This document shows, piece by piece, positions 18,183 to 31,833 of a stretch of DNA of 64,000 bases (the first letter of the stretch is position 1; each line of letters starts with the position of its first letter). Below the pieces are notes generated by a model. It did not search any database. It saw only the letters and a list, made by a program, of their open reading frames with translations, and had not been told where the DNA came from. This stretch comes from Basidiobolus meristosporus CBS 931.73 (taxonomy: Eukaryota > Fungi > Basidiobolomycota). The stretch is from contig MCFE01000034.1 of NCBI GenBank assembly GCA_002104905.1, positions 150,712 to 214,711 of the forward strand. Reading direction: 5' to 3'. A program made the translations under genes and the position numbers.

Positions 18183-20639
18183 TTACGGCCGGTCAAATTT
18201 GCCTCGAATGGCTGACTGAGTGGGCCTTGATGGTGTGAGCGAGCTCAATGCGCCTACTGACATTAAATAGGGAGGGGTGCTTGCGGAAGTTTGTTCTGCC
18301 GTAGCGGGGAAAGTAGGACTCAAATTACTGGTGTCAAGCTCTGTCTTTGCTCGGAAGGTGTGCTGCTGGTTTCCATTTCCTAAGAACTCTCTGGGTGAAC
18401 CCCATATGGAGGAGCTATCGAATATCCCTGTACTCAAGTCATAACGTTGGGGATTTTGCGTCAGGATGTGTGTCATTAAGCATTCGAACTGATGTGTATC
18501 ACTCTCGTCGGCATCCCGTTGGACACATGAGCTTGGGAGATTGGTCCTTTCAGAAGGCTGTCCTACCGAGCAATTAATATTTGATGGTTTACCAGGCCTC
18601 ATACCCGAAACAATTGCTCCAGTAGACGCCGGGTCAGGGCTGATCACGTCAGTTATCGAAAGCTGCGCCATACCTAATCATAATTGATAAGTATCCAGAC
18701 TAAATGAAATCCAGACCGAGGTTCATACTTATCCTGGAAAAGCATTCGTTCAGGATTGAGAAATGGATATCTATCACTCCCCAGAGTGCCTTCCACTTCT
18801 GCAGCGTGTTATGAAGGAATCGATAGAACTTCAAGGAACGCTGAGCTAGATTGCGGTCTTTGGATTTGCATCCCTGTAAGAAGAAGCGAGCGGCGAAAAA
18901 GATACAAACGCTATACATAGGATCGGCCTCAATGATTGAGGTGCTGTTGACTTCTTGTACAGCAAATGCAATCATTTTGGCCGACGTAAAGCACCTTATG
19001 ACTGTTTCTGTAACGTTTGGAGCCTTTGGAGTAGCCTTTACTCCAAATACTGGCAGGTGAATCCAGATATCGATGGCGTGCCTCATCGAATCCAAGAATG
19101 CAATCTGAGAAAAGTTGTATGGGTTTCCCTTGATTGTCTCTTCAGGTTTGTACCTGTATTGCGGGGGTAGGTTTGTTTCCCAGGCTTCCAGAGCAAACTT
19201 GATTTGTGGAAACACATAGTCTTTTTGAACCGGCGTCAGAGTTCCAAAGCGCATTATCCCTCTTAGAGTCCGTGCCATGATAGTTATCAAGGCCACGTGT
19301 ATGGCTAGTAAGCCTGTATTTGGTGCGGTTACCATCGAAACCACCTGGCTTGGAAGATCTCGATCAAACCTGCATATCATAGTGTCAACTGGCTGGCCCT
19401 GTTCCCACTTATCATCCACGCAAGGCAACATGCTACAGCAGTCATCCTCATTGATTAGCGGCGGCCTTACTATAGCGACACCAACATACACATCGAATAT
19501 ATAGCTAAACCACCAAACTCTTCTGGAGGTTTCCCTGTTAATCCACTGACTAGCGGTCAAATGCTTCGCTTCGTTTTGAACCTCATCAAGTCGGAAAAAG
19601 CCAAGCCCTTGTGCCATTCTAGGAAAGTGACATTAGTCGAAATAACCGTGTCAGCAGGAGTGGGTAAAGCTTACCGTATGGCCGTAGCTACCATGGTGAA
19701 AGAAAAGTTAATACAGTGGCTTTGAAATTGATGAATGATACCACCTACCTGAGTAAGTACCGGCTCGGTTGATATTTCCGCGGGCCAATTCATAGATACA
19801 CATATGCAACATGGCTTGGCTGGATTCCAACGTTGGCTCATCGATTAGCAGAAGTAGTTCCTCTTCAACCGCCTTGGCGTAGGAAGTGTCAACCTCCTCA
19901 CTTGTTATGCTAGCCCTATAGCGAGATGCCACGGCACAAATACTATTGATAAGCGTAGTCGACACTTGACCTTCTTGGTATTTCTCATCAAACTCCTTGG
20001 GATGAACGAAAGGATAATGATGGTGGATATTTTGAAAATAGTAATCTATGAGTTGGCGTGTTTGAGAGTTGGTAGGTGGGTGTTGAGGAAGCATATGGTG
20101 GGCACTACTTGTATTATCTGAACTCCCCCATCCATACTCAGGATTAGTGTGCCTCCTTTTTATGTAAGGGGAGTATTCTTTCAGAGTTGACAACTCGCTA
20201 AATTGTTCAGACATATTGTCCACACTTCTCTCGGCTTGATTCTCTAGCAAGGTTAGTGTTCCTCTCTCTGTAGTGGTGCTTATGGTATCTGGATTTGGGT
20301 GAATTCTGTGACTGCCAATGCATTGAGTGTCACGCTGGATGGGCAAAATTGGGTTGGCATACTCAGTCCTGAAGAATTCCCACCGAAATAGGAAGAAGCG
20401 CTATGGTTCGGTTGATCAAAGTTGACAATTTTTTCCAGGCCTCCGTTTGGAGTTTCATCGAACAGATTCAAGCGTTGTCGAGGGCCTCTTTTCTTATTTC
20501 CAGTTAGAAAAGTACATGCGACATTCAGCCTGCGGCATGTGGTGCAGGCAGGCTGATCCGTGTCACATCTCACCTTCATGCGACGACAGCAGTCGCAGGC
20601 TTGTGTGAGCCTTCTCCGTTTCCTTGTGAAGTTGTTCAT
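18183..20639 (-). CDS. Zn(II)2Cys6 fungal transcription factor with fungal-specific middle homology region
   Basis: ACDCCRRMKVRCDTDQPACTTCRRLNVAC; LIDYYFQNIHHHYPFVH; RETSRRVWWFSYIFD. Plausible introns join ORFs 20280-20936, 19708-20346, 18700-19617 and 18183-18671. Confidence 0.9.
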
Positions 20640-21439
20640 ACTAGCTATCCATGGGATATGTGTAGATCGAAGTTTGACTCCTCGGGTCTGAGTCGGATGC
20701 TTATATAGCTTTGAGCTCAAACCACTTTTAGCACATGTGCCTCGACAAACAACTCGGAGCTGCCGATTGGGCCCGACAGCCATTACTTTTCCGGGAAAAT
20801 ATGCCTTTTTAATGGATGAATTGATCTCCGCGTTAATGTCGGGTCGTGTGACATCCAATACCACGTATGTCGTAGATCTCATTGCCATTATTGATTTTAC
20901 AGGTAGTACCTTTGGCTCGACGCTATGGAAATCCAAGCACCATATTCAACAAGTACGCCTCTATCCTAAATTAGTGGGGCTCGCCTCTGAAGCAAGTGGT
21001 TTAGGAGTCTTTGCCACTATAACATTCCCTTCTGATCAACGACAACGATAGGGCTTGACCGTTTTCAAGTGGAATCATGACATTACAAATAGCCGCCCTC
21101 CCAATCCGATCAATCTTCCGAGCTGATTGGAATCAACGGCTATTCAATTAATCAGCGAATTGTAATCACTGATCATGTGAGCCCGTAGAGTTTCGTGTTT
21201 CAAGTGGAATGAGGTATGGCTCGAATGAATGAATTGGCTTCGTTTTCTTTCATATCTTCTGTCAACTAAAGCGGTGAACGAAGTTGGAGTCGCTCAGCTT
21301 CACCATCCATACAACATTCAGTACAGAATATCATTATTTTGTAAGGTTACCTGTAATTCGCGACATCCACGAGTCCAGTCGTTCTTTCAAAACCAACCTA
21401 AAACGCTTGCTGTTATTCTGTAGAGAAAATACAACAGTG

Positions 21440-24400
21440 ATGATAGATCGCAAGCGAAGAAAAAGTGGAGATATAGATCTTGATGAAGTAAGCTCTTCGC
21501 CTCACAAACGACAAAATAACGATCCCAATGAAATGGAGAGCTCCAGTAAAGCTCGAGATGACGATCCGGCAACTCAAGCTGAGGTTCTACTCTAACTTGT
21601 CCATCCACCCTTTTGGTGCACCTGTACTAAGTCTTTGATTTCACAGGAACATATACTGAATTTCCAAAAGGAGGCTATCTGGCGACAGATGCAAACATAC
21701 AAAAGAAGGGCTCAACGTGCGCAGGAAGCTATCACGAAGTTGAAGGAAAAGCAAGACTCCTATGGAGCTAGATTTTTATTGGTTGCTCACACCTGGGAAA
21801 AAGTAACGCGGCTTCTACTACGTTTTTTGCTTTGGATTCACACCAGGTACTCATGAATCGTATCTTTCTAGTTGCTAGACGATCTGAAGCTAGTAGCCTC
21901 TCGGCTAGGCGGGACTGCAATAGAATTCGAGCCAGAAAAAAGTACGTATCTGAAGCAACCTTACATCATCTCTTTGGACAATGCTAACCTGCCGTATTCC
22001 AGACTTTTTGTCGTTTTTATTGAATGAGGACGATGAAGACAATGAACTACAAGACTTCGTGAAGGACAAGGCCGGGTTTAGCAAGGGGATTTTAACCCAA
22101 ATCGTGAACAAGTTACTAACCATCGAGGAAAAGCGGCAGCTGACAAGCACCGAACTACAAAAGCTGGCCGAAGGTTGGTGGAATCGTAGTGTTTACATTT
22201 ACGGTCGGCCGACTAATACCCAATCCAACCGATTTATCAGCGAAATCGTCGGAAGACATAGTTTCTCACCTGAAAAGAGAAAACAAAGAACTGAAGGAGC
22301 TTTACGATCAACAAAATGCGTCAATGAGTGAGCTTCAACAACGCTACAGAGACCTCTCCTCCAAAGTCAGTCTTCCAACCAAGCAGTTTTTGTGAACTTC
22401 AAGACCTAACTTTGGCTGAAATCTAGTCAGCAACAGTCGATCAAACCCTCCAACAAACTCAGCTCAAGGTGCATGAGATTAGCAACCAGCTGGACGAGGC
22501 TAAGGTTGAATTAGAAAGATTGGAAAGGAGCATTGACAGGTCCAATTGCTCCACCACCCGCGACCAAGTAAATTCCAAGCCTTCCAACACCGAAGAGAAC
22601 AACGGGGTTCAGGAGGTTTACATAAAAAAAGTATGATTCACACGATATCGTAGCGGCATCTTGAACATCATCTGACTATTGCAAATCCAAACACAGGAGG
22701 GTATTTCAGAAGCAGGACTGGAAGGGCAGTCGGCACATTTCGCTTCGTTAGCTGAAAGGCGCCTGAAAGAACTTGAAGAGATGAGAAATGAACGAATCAA
22801 GCTGCGGGAGACCATCGATCAGCTTCATTTCCAAATCAGTGGGGTATCCGACGACTTGATATTAGAATCACCCACATTCAAGCACCTCCAAAGTCAATGT
22901 AATCGCTATCGAGGTGACGCAATTAGGCTGGGGGAAGCTGTGGAGAAGCTAAACCGAGAATTGGATGATCTCCGAGCAGTTCAGCGAGTGAACCAAGAGA
23001 AGATAGAGGTCAGTACACTTTGATGTTCCGAAACTATGTAAATAATGTATCAACCGATCTCGTAGCAAGAGGAATTAAACCGACGAAACATTTTGGAGAC
23101 GCAGATCAGAAAGCTGCAAGAAGAGTTGGCATCGGCCAAAAAAACCCGAGATCACTTCAAGCGCGAACTAGACTTGCGAAACTCGAAAGATAATGCAGAA
23201 CTGATTCAGAACCAGCAAATCAAAATCATCGCTAATTCTCGGAAAGTAGGGAAGACACGTACGAGTTTCCACCAGCATGAATGAAACTGACAGCCTAAAT
23301 ACAGGACCAGATCACCTCACTAATGTTGGAGGTCCGGAGGCTCAAGATGCGCATAGCTGCAAACGCAGGAGATAAGGAAGCATTGGAATATTTGAGCAAA
23401 GCTCCAGAAAACCAGGAAGATTCCGTGGAAGACTCTCTCAGAAAAGATCTCAAGTAGGTTCATAGGACTAGCTGGAGTTAGCAACCATTCATTGACCATC
23501 TTTGAAATTTGCACTTCAAGGAAAGCTGAAGCAAGAATTCAGGAGCTCACCACCCAAATCCAGGTCTACCGTCAGGCCTCTGAAGAGAATGTTCACTTGC
23601 AGGATGTAAGTCTTCGCTTTCGTTACGCCAGCCGACCTTTATTAATAGTCTATCTTAGGTCATGTTATCCGAACAGAAAAGCAAGGAGCGTGTGGAAGAA
23701 TTGCAGCGCACGGTTGCGGAACAACTCGAGAGAATCCGCCTACTAGAGTCTGGAAATAGTGGCATTGTATCTCTTACCGAGCAAGTGAAGAGCTCCGAAG
23801 AGAAGATCAAAGAGCTTGAGCTTAAGTGTGAATTCCACGAAAAGGTGAATTGGGGAATATGTAACATTCATGCAAGATTTTATCGCGATTCTAACCATAT
23901 AAATGCAGACTGAATCCCAGCTTATGAGCGAGATTGAGAATGTTGGCAAAGCCTGGGTTCAGCTCGAGGAACAAAATTCACGGAAGGTTTTGGATTTGGC
24001 GCAGAAGGAGGACAAGATCGTTGAACTTCTGGCCGAGGTAAGGGAAGCTTATCATACCTTTCTGTCTATCGGTTTCTGATCAATTCTTTCGTGCCCAACG
24101 TAGAAAAGTAAATCTGAGCAGAAGTGCGCCATCTTGGCCAAACAAAAAGACAACTATACCGCTTTGAGCATGTCGCTCAAACGACAGTCGGAGAAACAAA
24201 TGGAGCAGATCCGTAGGCTGGAAGAAAAAGAAAGAATGTCTACACAACAATTCGTAAGTATTTTGTAGTTGCCCCCATGCTGTGGCTCGTATTAACATCC
24301 CATTAGGCCAATATGGAACGAGAACTAGCTTCGGCAAATTCCGGATTGAAAACTTGTAAAGAGAAACTTGTCGACACGATGTATGAACTTGATGAAGCCA

Positions 24401-24900
24401 AGGACAAAGTGGCCAAAACCGAGCACAAAATTACAGAGGTAAGCATTGATACCCATCGCCTATTCTTCTCCCAGCATCACTGACAACTCCAATGCTACTT
24501 AAAGATGCAACGCGTTCTTAAAGAACGAACACACACCTTTGAACATGAACTTCATTTTGGAAAACGCATCGAGGAAGAATGCAACGCACTGAAGAAGAAG
24601 CTAGCGTCCGTGACCTCGAACCAAGCCGAAAACGAGTTGACCCAGATGTGTGATGAGTACAAGGTAAGTCCACAATTGCTCCCCTTAAGCCTGCTGGTTG
24701 CTCAATCGATGCATTTGCTGCTATAGGCGTTGTTGAAATGCAACTCATGTAATATTCGCTTCAAATCCCATGTTTTGATGCGATGCATGCACGTGTTTTG
24801 CCGGGAGTGTATTGACTCGCGCATTGAAACGAGACAACGCAAATGCCCTAATTGCGGGGAAGGCTTTGGTGCGAACGATGTCAAGCAAATCTACCTATAA
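21440..24900 (+). CDS. BRE1: E3 ubiquitin ligase BRE1 (histone H2B ubiquitination), multi-exon
   Basis: ILNFQKEAIWRQMQTYKR near the N-terminus, long coiled coils, and a terminal RING: LKCNSCNIRFKSHVLMRCMHVFCRECIDSRIETRQRKCPNCGEGFGANDVKQIYL*. Confidence 0.93.
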
Positions 24901-25735
24901 TCCTAATAATCCATTTCTCGTTCCCAGCATCAAATAATATTCCCCTTGATCCACCCTATTTATTTCCTCATGGTTGTTTCCCTTTCGAACTTATAGACGT
25001 GACTTTTGATAATGGCTCTTCTGTAGAATATGTATTTACCTGTATTTATTTATGGCTTTTTTTATACGGACGGCCAGTTTGGTCGAGCCTATACAGCTCC
25101 CCCTTTTATTCCCCCAACGTCAAATTGTTTTTGCAGTTTTCAGAAGAAAAGTCATTTGCCATTCTTATGCGCGCAATATGCATATCTATGAGCAACATTA
25201 AGAATAAATCGTTCCACTCACCTCGCCACCCAGATTGCTTAAAATTGGGTCAATCTTTGACTCGGTTTCTCGGTAAAATCCCACCTAAGTCACAATGCTG
25301 TCCGATTAGAACTGTAGAAGTGAACTGCATAACTATCGGCCTCATCTCCATGTACTACCATGAGCCTGGGAAAATCTGAACGCTCGTGACAATGCCGATG
25401 CCATCCTCCAACCTTTTTTTGGGTATTTGTTGTTTGGCCCTATTTTCAGCGAAAGCCTTATATTTCTCCAAGAAATCCTATGACCATTAGACAAATTCCC
25501 TGACATCAATATCTTCTCCATTTAGAGTAGAGCGGTGTTCCACAGAGTGCCTGATATGATAACTTTCCCACAGTACGTCCAATGAGAGAGATGATGGTAA
25601 GTTTTGGACAATTTAAGGGATCAAGAGTGTTTCAATTGCTACCCACGGCTGTTGGTTGTTACGTTTGAAGACCTTAATAACAGGAGTCGCCCACGAATCT
25701 TACTTTTAGCCCCCTCTTTCAGCTTGAATCCTTCA

Positions 25736-27950
25736 ATGCTTCCACACATCATCAAACAGCTTCGCTCCCCTGGGTTAAGCACCCAACTTAGTCAGCAGCT
25801 GAGGCAACGCTGCCTTCAGGCCACTGCCAGCTCCAGCTGGAAAGTGCGACAATATCATTCGTCACATGAGGAGCAAGCTTCTATCCTGCCAAACAACGTG
25901 GATACCTCTTCAGCTGAATTCAAAGTAGGAATGCCAGGCTTGCCTCGATCGGGCGTACAGTTTACTTATCTTCTCTGCAGGACAACGCTCTCCGCATGAA
26001 GAAGCTCACCGATGACCTTGAGGCCAACGTCGCCAAGATCAAGCTAGGTGGGTACGGTTGTTTAATACAAGGCTGCTTCTTGGCTGACAGTTCCATTGTC
26101 TAGGCGGAGGTGAGGAGGCTAGAAAGCGCCACCTGTCGAGAGGAAAGTTGCTCCCACGTGACAGGTTAGTTCATGAATTGCCGGGAATTCGGCCAGCTTC
26201 ATCTAATACTGACTTTACTTTAGACTTGAGAGGCTGTTGGATAATGGGTAAGGCGATGGTTGCTGTATAGATGTATCAGCGTGTAGAAGATCTAATTATT
26301 ATGTGCAGGTCCCCGTTTTTGGAACTCTCGCAATTTGCAGGCCACAATTTGTATGACGACTACGTCCCGGAGGTGGTATTATCACCGGTGTTGGCCGGGT
26401 CAATGGGTGGGTTTAGCATATAGCCCTCAGAGCAGATGTACTTGTTTATTAACTGCTCCTTGATTAGCGTGGAATGCATGGTGGTTGTCAATGACCCTAC
26501 CGTCAAGGTACTATAACATTCATCCAACTTGGTCGACCGCGTATTAACTTGACTCAGGGTGGAACCTACTACCCAATCACTGTCAGAAAACATCTCAGAG
26601 CGCAGGAGGTTGCCCGTGAAAACAACCTGCCCTGTATCTACCTCGGTAAGTTCCATATGTCCACAACAACCTTCCGGAATGCACGTTGACAGTCCGTTTC
26701 TGAACCGCTAGTTGATTCCGGAGGTGCCAACTTGCCTCGCCAGGCTGACGTTTTCCCCGATAAGGAGCATTTCGGTCGCATCTTCTACAACCAGGTATTT
26801 GGATGGTCATAGCCATATGTTTGTTGAACACCGGTACTCAATCGTTGACATAGGCCACCATGTCCGGCGAAGGGATTCCTCAGATCGCCATTGTGATGGG
26901 TTCGTGTACCGCCGGTGGTGCCTATGTTCCAGCCATGGCTGATGAAAGCGTGATCGTCAAAAAGCAGGCACCATTTTCCTCGGTGGCCCACCATTGGTAC
27001 GTGCCGCCACAGGTGAAGTGGTGTCTGCTGAAGACCTTGGCGGTGCAGATTTACACTGTAGAACCTCCGGTGTTACCGATCACTATGCTCACGATGACGA
27101 GCATGCTCTTATGATCGGAAGAAGAATCATCGGTAACTTGAACAAGCGCAAGCCCAGCCAACTGGAGGTCCGTACCCCAGTAGACCCCCTCTACGCTGCC
27201 TCTGAGCTTGGTGGTATCGTGGGAGACAACTTGAGAAAGCCCTTCGATATCAAGAACGTCATCTCCAGAATTGTCGATGGAAGTAGATTCAGCGAGTTCA
27301 AGGAGCTCTACGGATCCACCCTGGTTACTGGTTTTGCCCACATCCATGGTTATCCAGTGGGCATCGTCGCCAACAATGGAATTTTGTTCTCGGAATCTGC
27401 CTTAAAGGGTGCCCACTTCATCCAACTCTGTAGCCAGCGTGGCATTCCCCTCGTTTTCCTTCAGAACATTACCGGCTTTATGGTTGGCTCCTCTGCTGAA
27501 GCCGGTGGTATTGCCAAGAATGGTGCCAAGATGGTTACCGCAGTATCATGTGCTAAGGTGCCCAAGTTCACTGTCATCGTCGGTGGCAGCTTTGGTGCTG
27601 GTAACTATGGTATGTGCGGAAGAGCCTACTCCCCTCGCTTCATGTGGATGTGGCCCAACGCACGTATCTCTGTCATGGGTGGAGAGCAGGCCGCCGGGGT
27701 GTTGGCTCAGGTGACCAGAGATTCAAAGGCCAAGAAGGGGCAATCCTGGAGTGATGAGGCTGAGGCGGAGTTCAAGAAGCCAATCGTGGAACGCTACGAA
27801 GCCGAAGGACACCCATACTTCTCGTCAGCAAGACTATGGGATGATGGTGTCATCAAGCCTGAAGATACTCGCTCTGTGTTAGGCTTGGGTCTTTCCGCTG
27901 CATTGAACAAGCCCATCGAAAAGTCGCAATTTGGCATCTTCAGAATGTAA
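25736..27950 (+). CDS. MCCC2: Methylcrotonoyl-CoA carboxylase beta subunit (two apparent 1-nt frameshifts at ~26369 and ~26967)
   Basis: Mitochondrial presequence-like N-terminus; [18 protein letters not shown]; [15 protein letters not shown]; [11 protein letters not shown]; [16 protein letters not shown]; ARLWDDG; terminal FGIFRM*. Confidence 0.93.
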
Positions 27951-28336
27951 ACCAGTACCACCCCTCTACACCATACATAAAATCACTCCCCGCAACGATT
28001 CTACCATGCAGCCCTTCACAAATAAAGTCATAGCATTATCCAAACACTGGCGTTGTTTTGGTTAGGTTTAGCGGATCGCAGGGTAACACCATCATGGGAT
28101 TTTTAACGAACGAAGAAATTCAGTAGTTTGAGCATCGATTGGTAGACGTAGATGGGAGAGGTAGAGCAAATATTTTGATGTTACCAAAGATTAATTTCAG
28201 TTGGTATAAATGAACTTTCTGTTTCCGACTTAATCAAGATCGTACATTTTTATATCAATATTCCTTCCATCACTGCGAAGCACTCCTTGTATCCCACCTA
28301 ATACCACTTTTTATATACATTTATTGCGACTCTAAT

Positions 28337-29279
<943 letters not shown>

Positions 29280-29554
29280 TTCCACTTAAAGCATGTATGC
29301 ACATTGCACAAGTAACATTCGCACATCTCTCCAATCCCACCACTTCTCTTACTTTCGCGGCAGCTTAATTTAACCTCGCTTTCTTCCTGAGTGGTGTCAG
29401 TTCGATTACAACAATGTTTGGCTTCCTTCTCCCCATGGAATGAGCAATCCTTTCTGGATGTTATTTGAAATAAAACTATGAGATGGAGCTCGGTTTATGC
29501 AAAGATTTTATTGAACTGACACCTCTGGAATATGATATTGCAAATGGCAACCTC

Positions 29555-31309
29555 TTATTTGTTCCCTAGTTTGAACCATTTGGGAAGTTTCGACTTTTTC
29601 GCTTCTTCTTGCTTCCCACGCGGCTCAGGATCATAATCGGAGGGCACATGGATCTCTCTTGGGACAGGTGAAGGATTACGAGCGGGTTCCGGATGGCTTG
29701 TGTCCATAGGACCTGAACTGGCTGTAGCTTCGGCCGCCGAAGGCAGATCCTCTATTTGCACGACCAGTTCCTCTTTGAGATACTCCTCAACTGTCTCGTT
29801 GTTAGCCAAGGAAAAGAATACGACCGAAGCAGGGGTCAACCCAGCTTCATAGAGTGTGAGATCTGGGTCGGTAAGTCTTTTAATTGGCGGGGTAACGTAC
29901 AAGTAGAAATCCCACTCAGGGTTTCTCAACGACTCCCGAACAAACGAAGTTAACTTGGAGATCGTCTCGAATGACGAGAAGTGGGCTTGCAGTTGTACAC
30001 GATTGGGAAAGCGAATTCGTATCAAGGTACGTGGATATTTACGCCGTTTCTGCAACTCCTCGTTTTCCCGCATTTGGCGAGTTTTTAAAGGCGCGTTCTC
30101 GTCTTTGGAGCGTTGCACACGTTGGCTATCGAGGATAGCTTTCAATTCTGCCGATGTTAGCTCATAAAACGAGTCGGGTAACTCTATCTTTGCTGCCATG
30201 TTCTCCTCGGTGGATGGTCGGAAGATTCTGGGCTCACGAGCGATCTTTTGGGCTCGGGCTTCTGATCAGTTGTAGTATTATTCTGCTGCGTGGTTGGCAC
30301 CGATGGTAATTGATATGTTTGTGGATTCGATGGTTGGCTAAAAGATGGACTTTCAAGGGTATTTAAAGGTTGTTGTCCGGATTGAGGTAATGCTTGCACA
30401 ACTTCTCTTTGTTGAGGTTGGGCTACTGCTTGAGGCGGAGTTGACATGGGCGCATCTTGTACAGTTTGGGGTGATGCTGGAGACTGTAAGGTAGGCTGAT
30501 TTGTAACTTCCACTGACGGACTTTGGACTGGTATCTCAGTAGAGGTTGTAGGTTGATGAAAGTGATCTCTCGCTCTGCATCTTCCAAAGACATTTCTGAT
30601 GGTCTGAAAATCAATCGAATCAGCACATTACCGGAGGTGATACCGGTAGATTGCAAAGTTGTCTTCTTTAGCACAGAAATACTTCCAAATTCCTGGTTCA
30701 GATATACGCAAACTGGCTGCAGGTATGCCACAGCCGCACTTTTTCCCACTTCAGTACTTCTTCTTGTCAAATTTCTAACGAGGGGAACAAAGTTGAGCGG
30801 GCATCCAGACGAATGAGTGGGCTACTGATACTAACTTGTTGGAGGATGCTTCAAATGCAATTAGCATATCCCAATATGAAGTAGAGGTAGGGAAACCTTG
30901 TATGATTCTCCCTTCATCCATCTGGAGTGCCACATTCACCTACAGCGGGAACTTTTGTGATTTAGAATGTAAGCAATCTGAGCCCACCGCATATATCAAC
31001 TGACAAATACCTTTTGTCACTCTCGTCCGAACAAGCTCAAGTTTAGCGCCAGCAGGCAAATTAGCGAAACGCACTGAAAGTGAAAGATCAAGGTTGGATT
31101 TGCCGTATCTAGAAGACAGTGAGTAAAACCAAGCAACCCGAAATCACGAAGGAAGGCAAAGAAACCTACTTCAGGCCATATGAATCGACGTCGGGATACT
31201 TCTGTTTCTCACACACCGCTAAAACGATGTTCTTCAGCGGCATCGCAGGAGTCGTTTTGACCAGCTGTTTCCGCCCTTGGCCGTATATTACGGAGACATT
31301 CGACGCCAT
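29555..31309 (-). CDS. UBX4: TUG/ASPSCR1-type UBX-domain protein (two apparent 1-nt frameshifts at ~30560 and ~30247)
   Basis: N-terminal ubiquitin-like TUG region (VKTTPAMPLKNIV, LSLSVRFANLPAGAKLELV); ELPDSFYELTSAELK; UBX domain LIRIRFPNRVQLQAHF...LTPASVVFF. Confidence 0.85.
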
Positions 31310-31833
31310 TTGAGTAGGAATGGAGCGTTACGTAGATTTGACCGGAATGGGTAAAGTGGAGCTAGAATACGGACTAGTTCAATGGCACCGATTATATTTA
31401 CCACACAATCAGAATCGCAGTGTGAAACCACTCATGCTACGGCATCGCTGCGAACATTCCACGGTTGATGAATTGGAATAGAATCTAGCTGGATTAACTA
31501 ACCATCTCAGATCGCATCCAGGGCCAAGGAATTAACCACTTTGTAGCATTTATTAAGGAGACATCACCATAATGATCAACCTTCTAAGATGTAAATATAG
31601 CAAAGACCAGACCCAGCAACTCCCATCCACCAGATTGAAGTACAAATACAAAGCGTGCTGCATCACAACCCAAACAGCAATAGAAGTATCGTGGAACTTG
31701 GTGATTGATTCCCAACGTGGATGCGGTTCATTAAATGGTCTATAATAAGGTCAAAATATTTTACATCGTGGACTATGGCTCAAAGAAAACTTTCAACGGA
31801 AAATAAGAGCAATGACTAGCAGGGGATGTCCTT

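Noticed and set aside
20280-20380. Apparent frameshift in the Zn2Cys6 gene
   Set aside because: It is explained by a ~74-nt phase-1 intron (gtatgc...atccag) that restores the frame.
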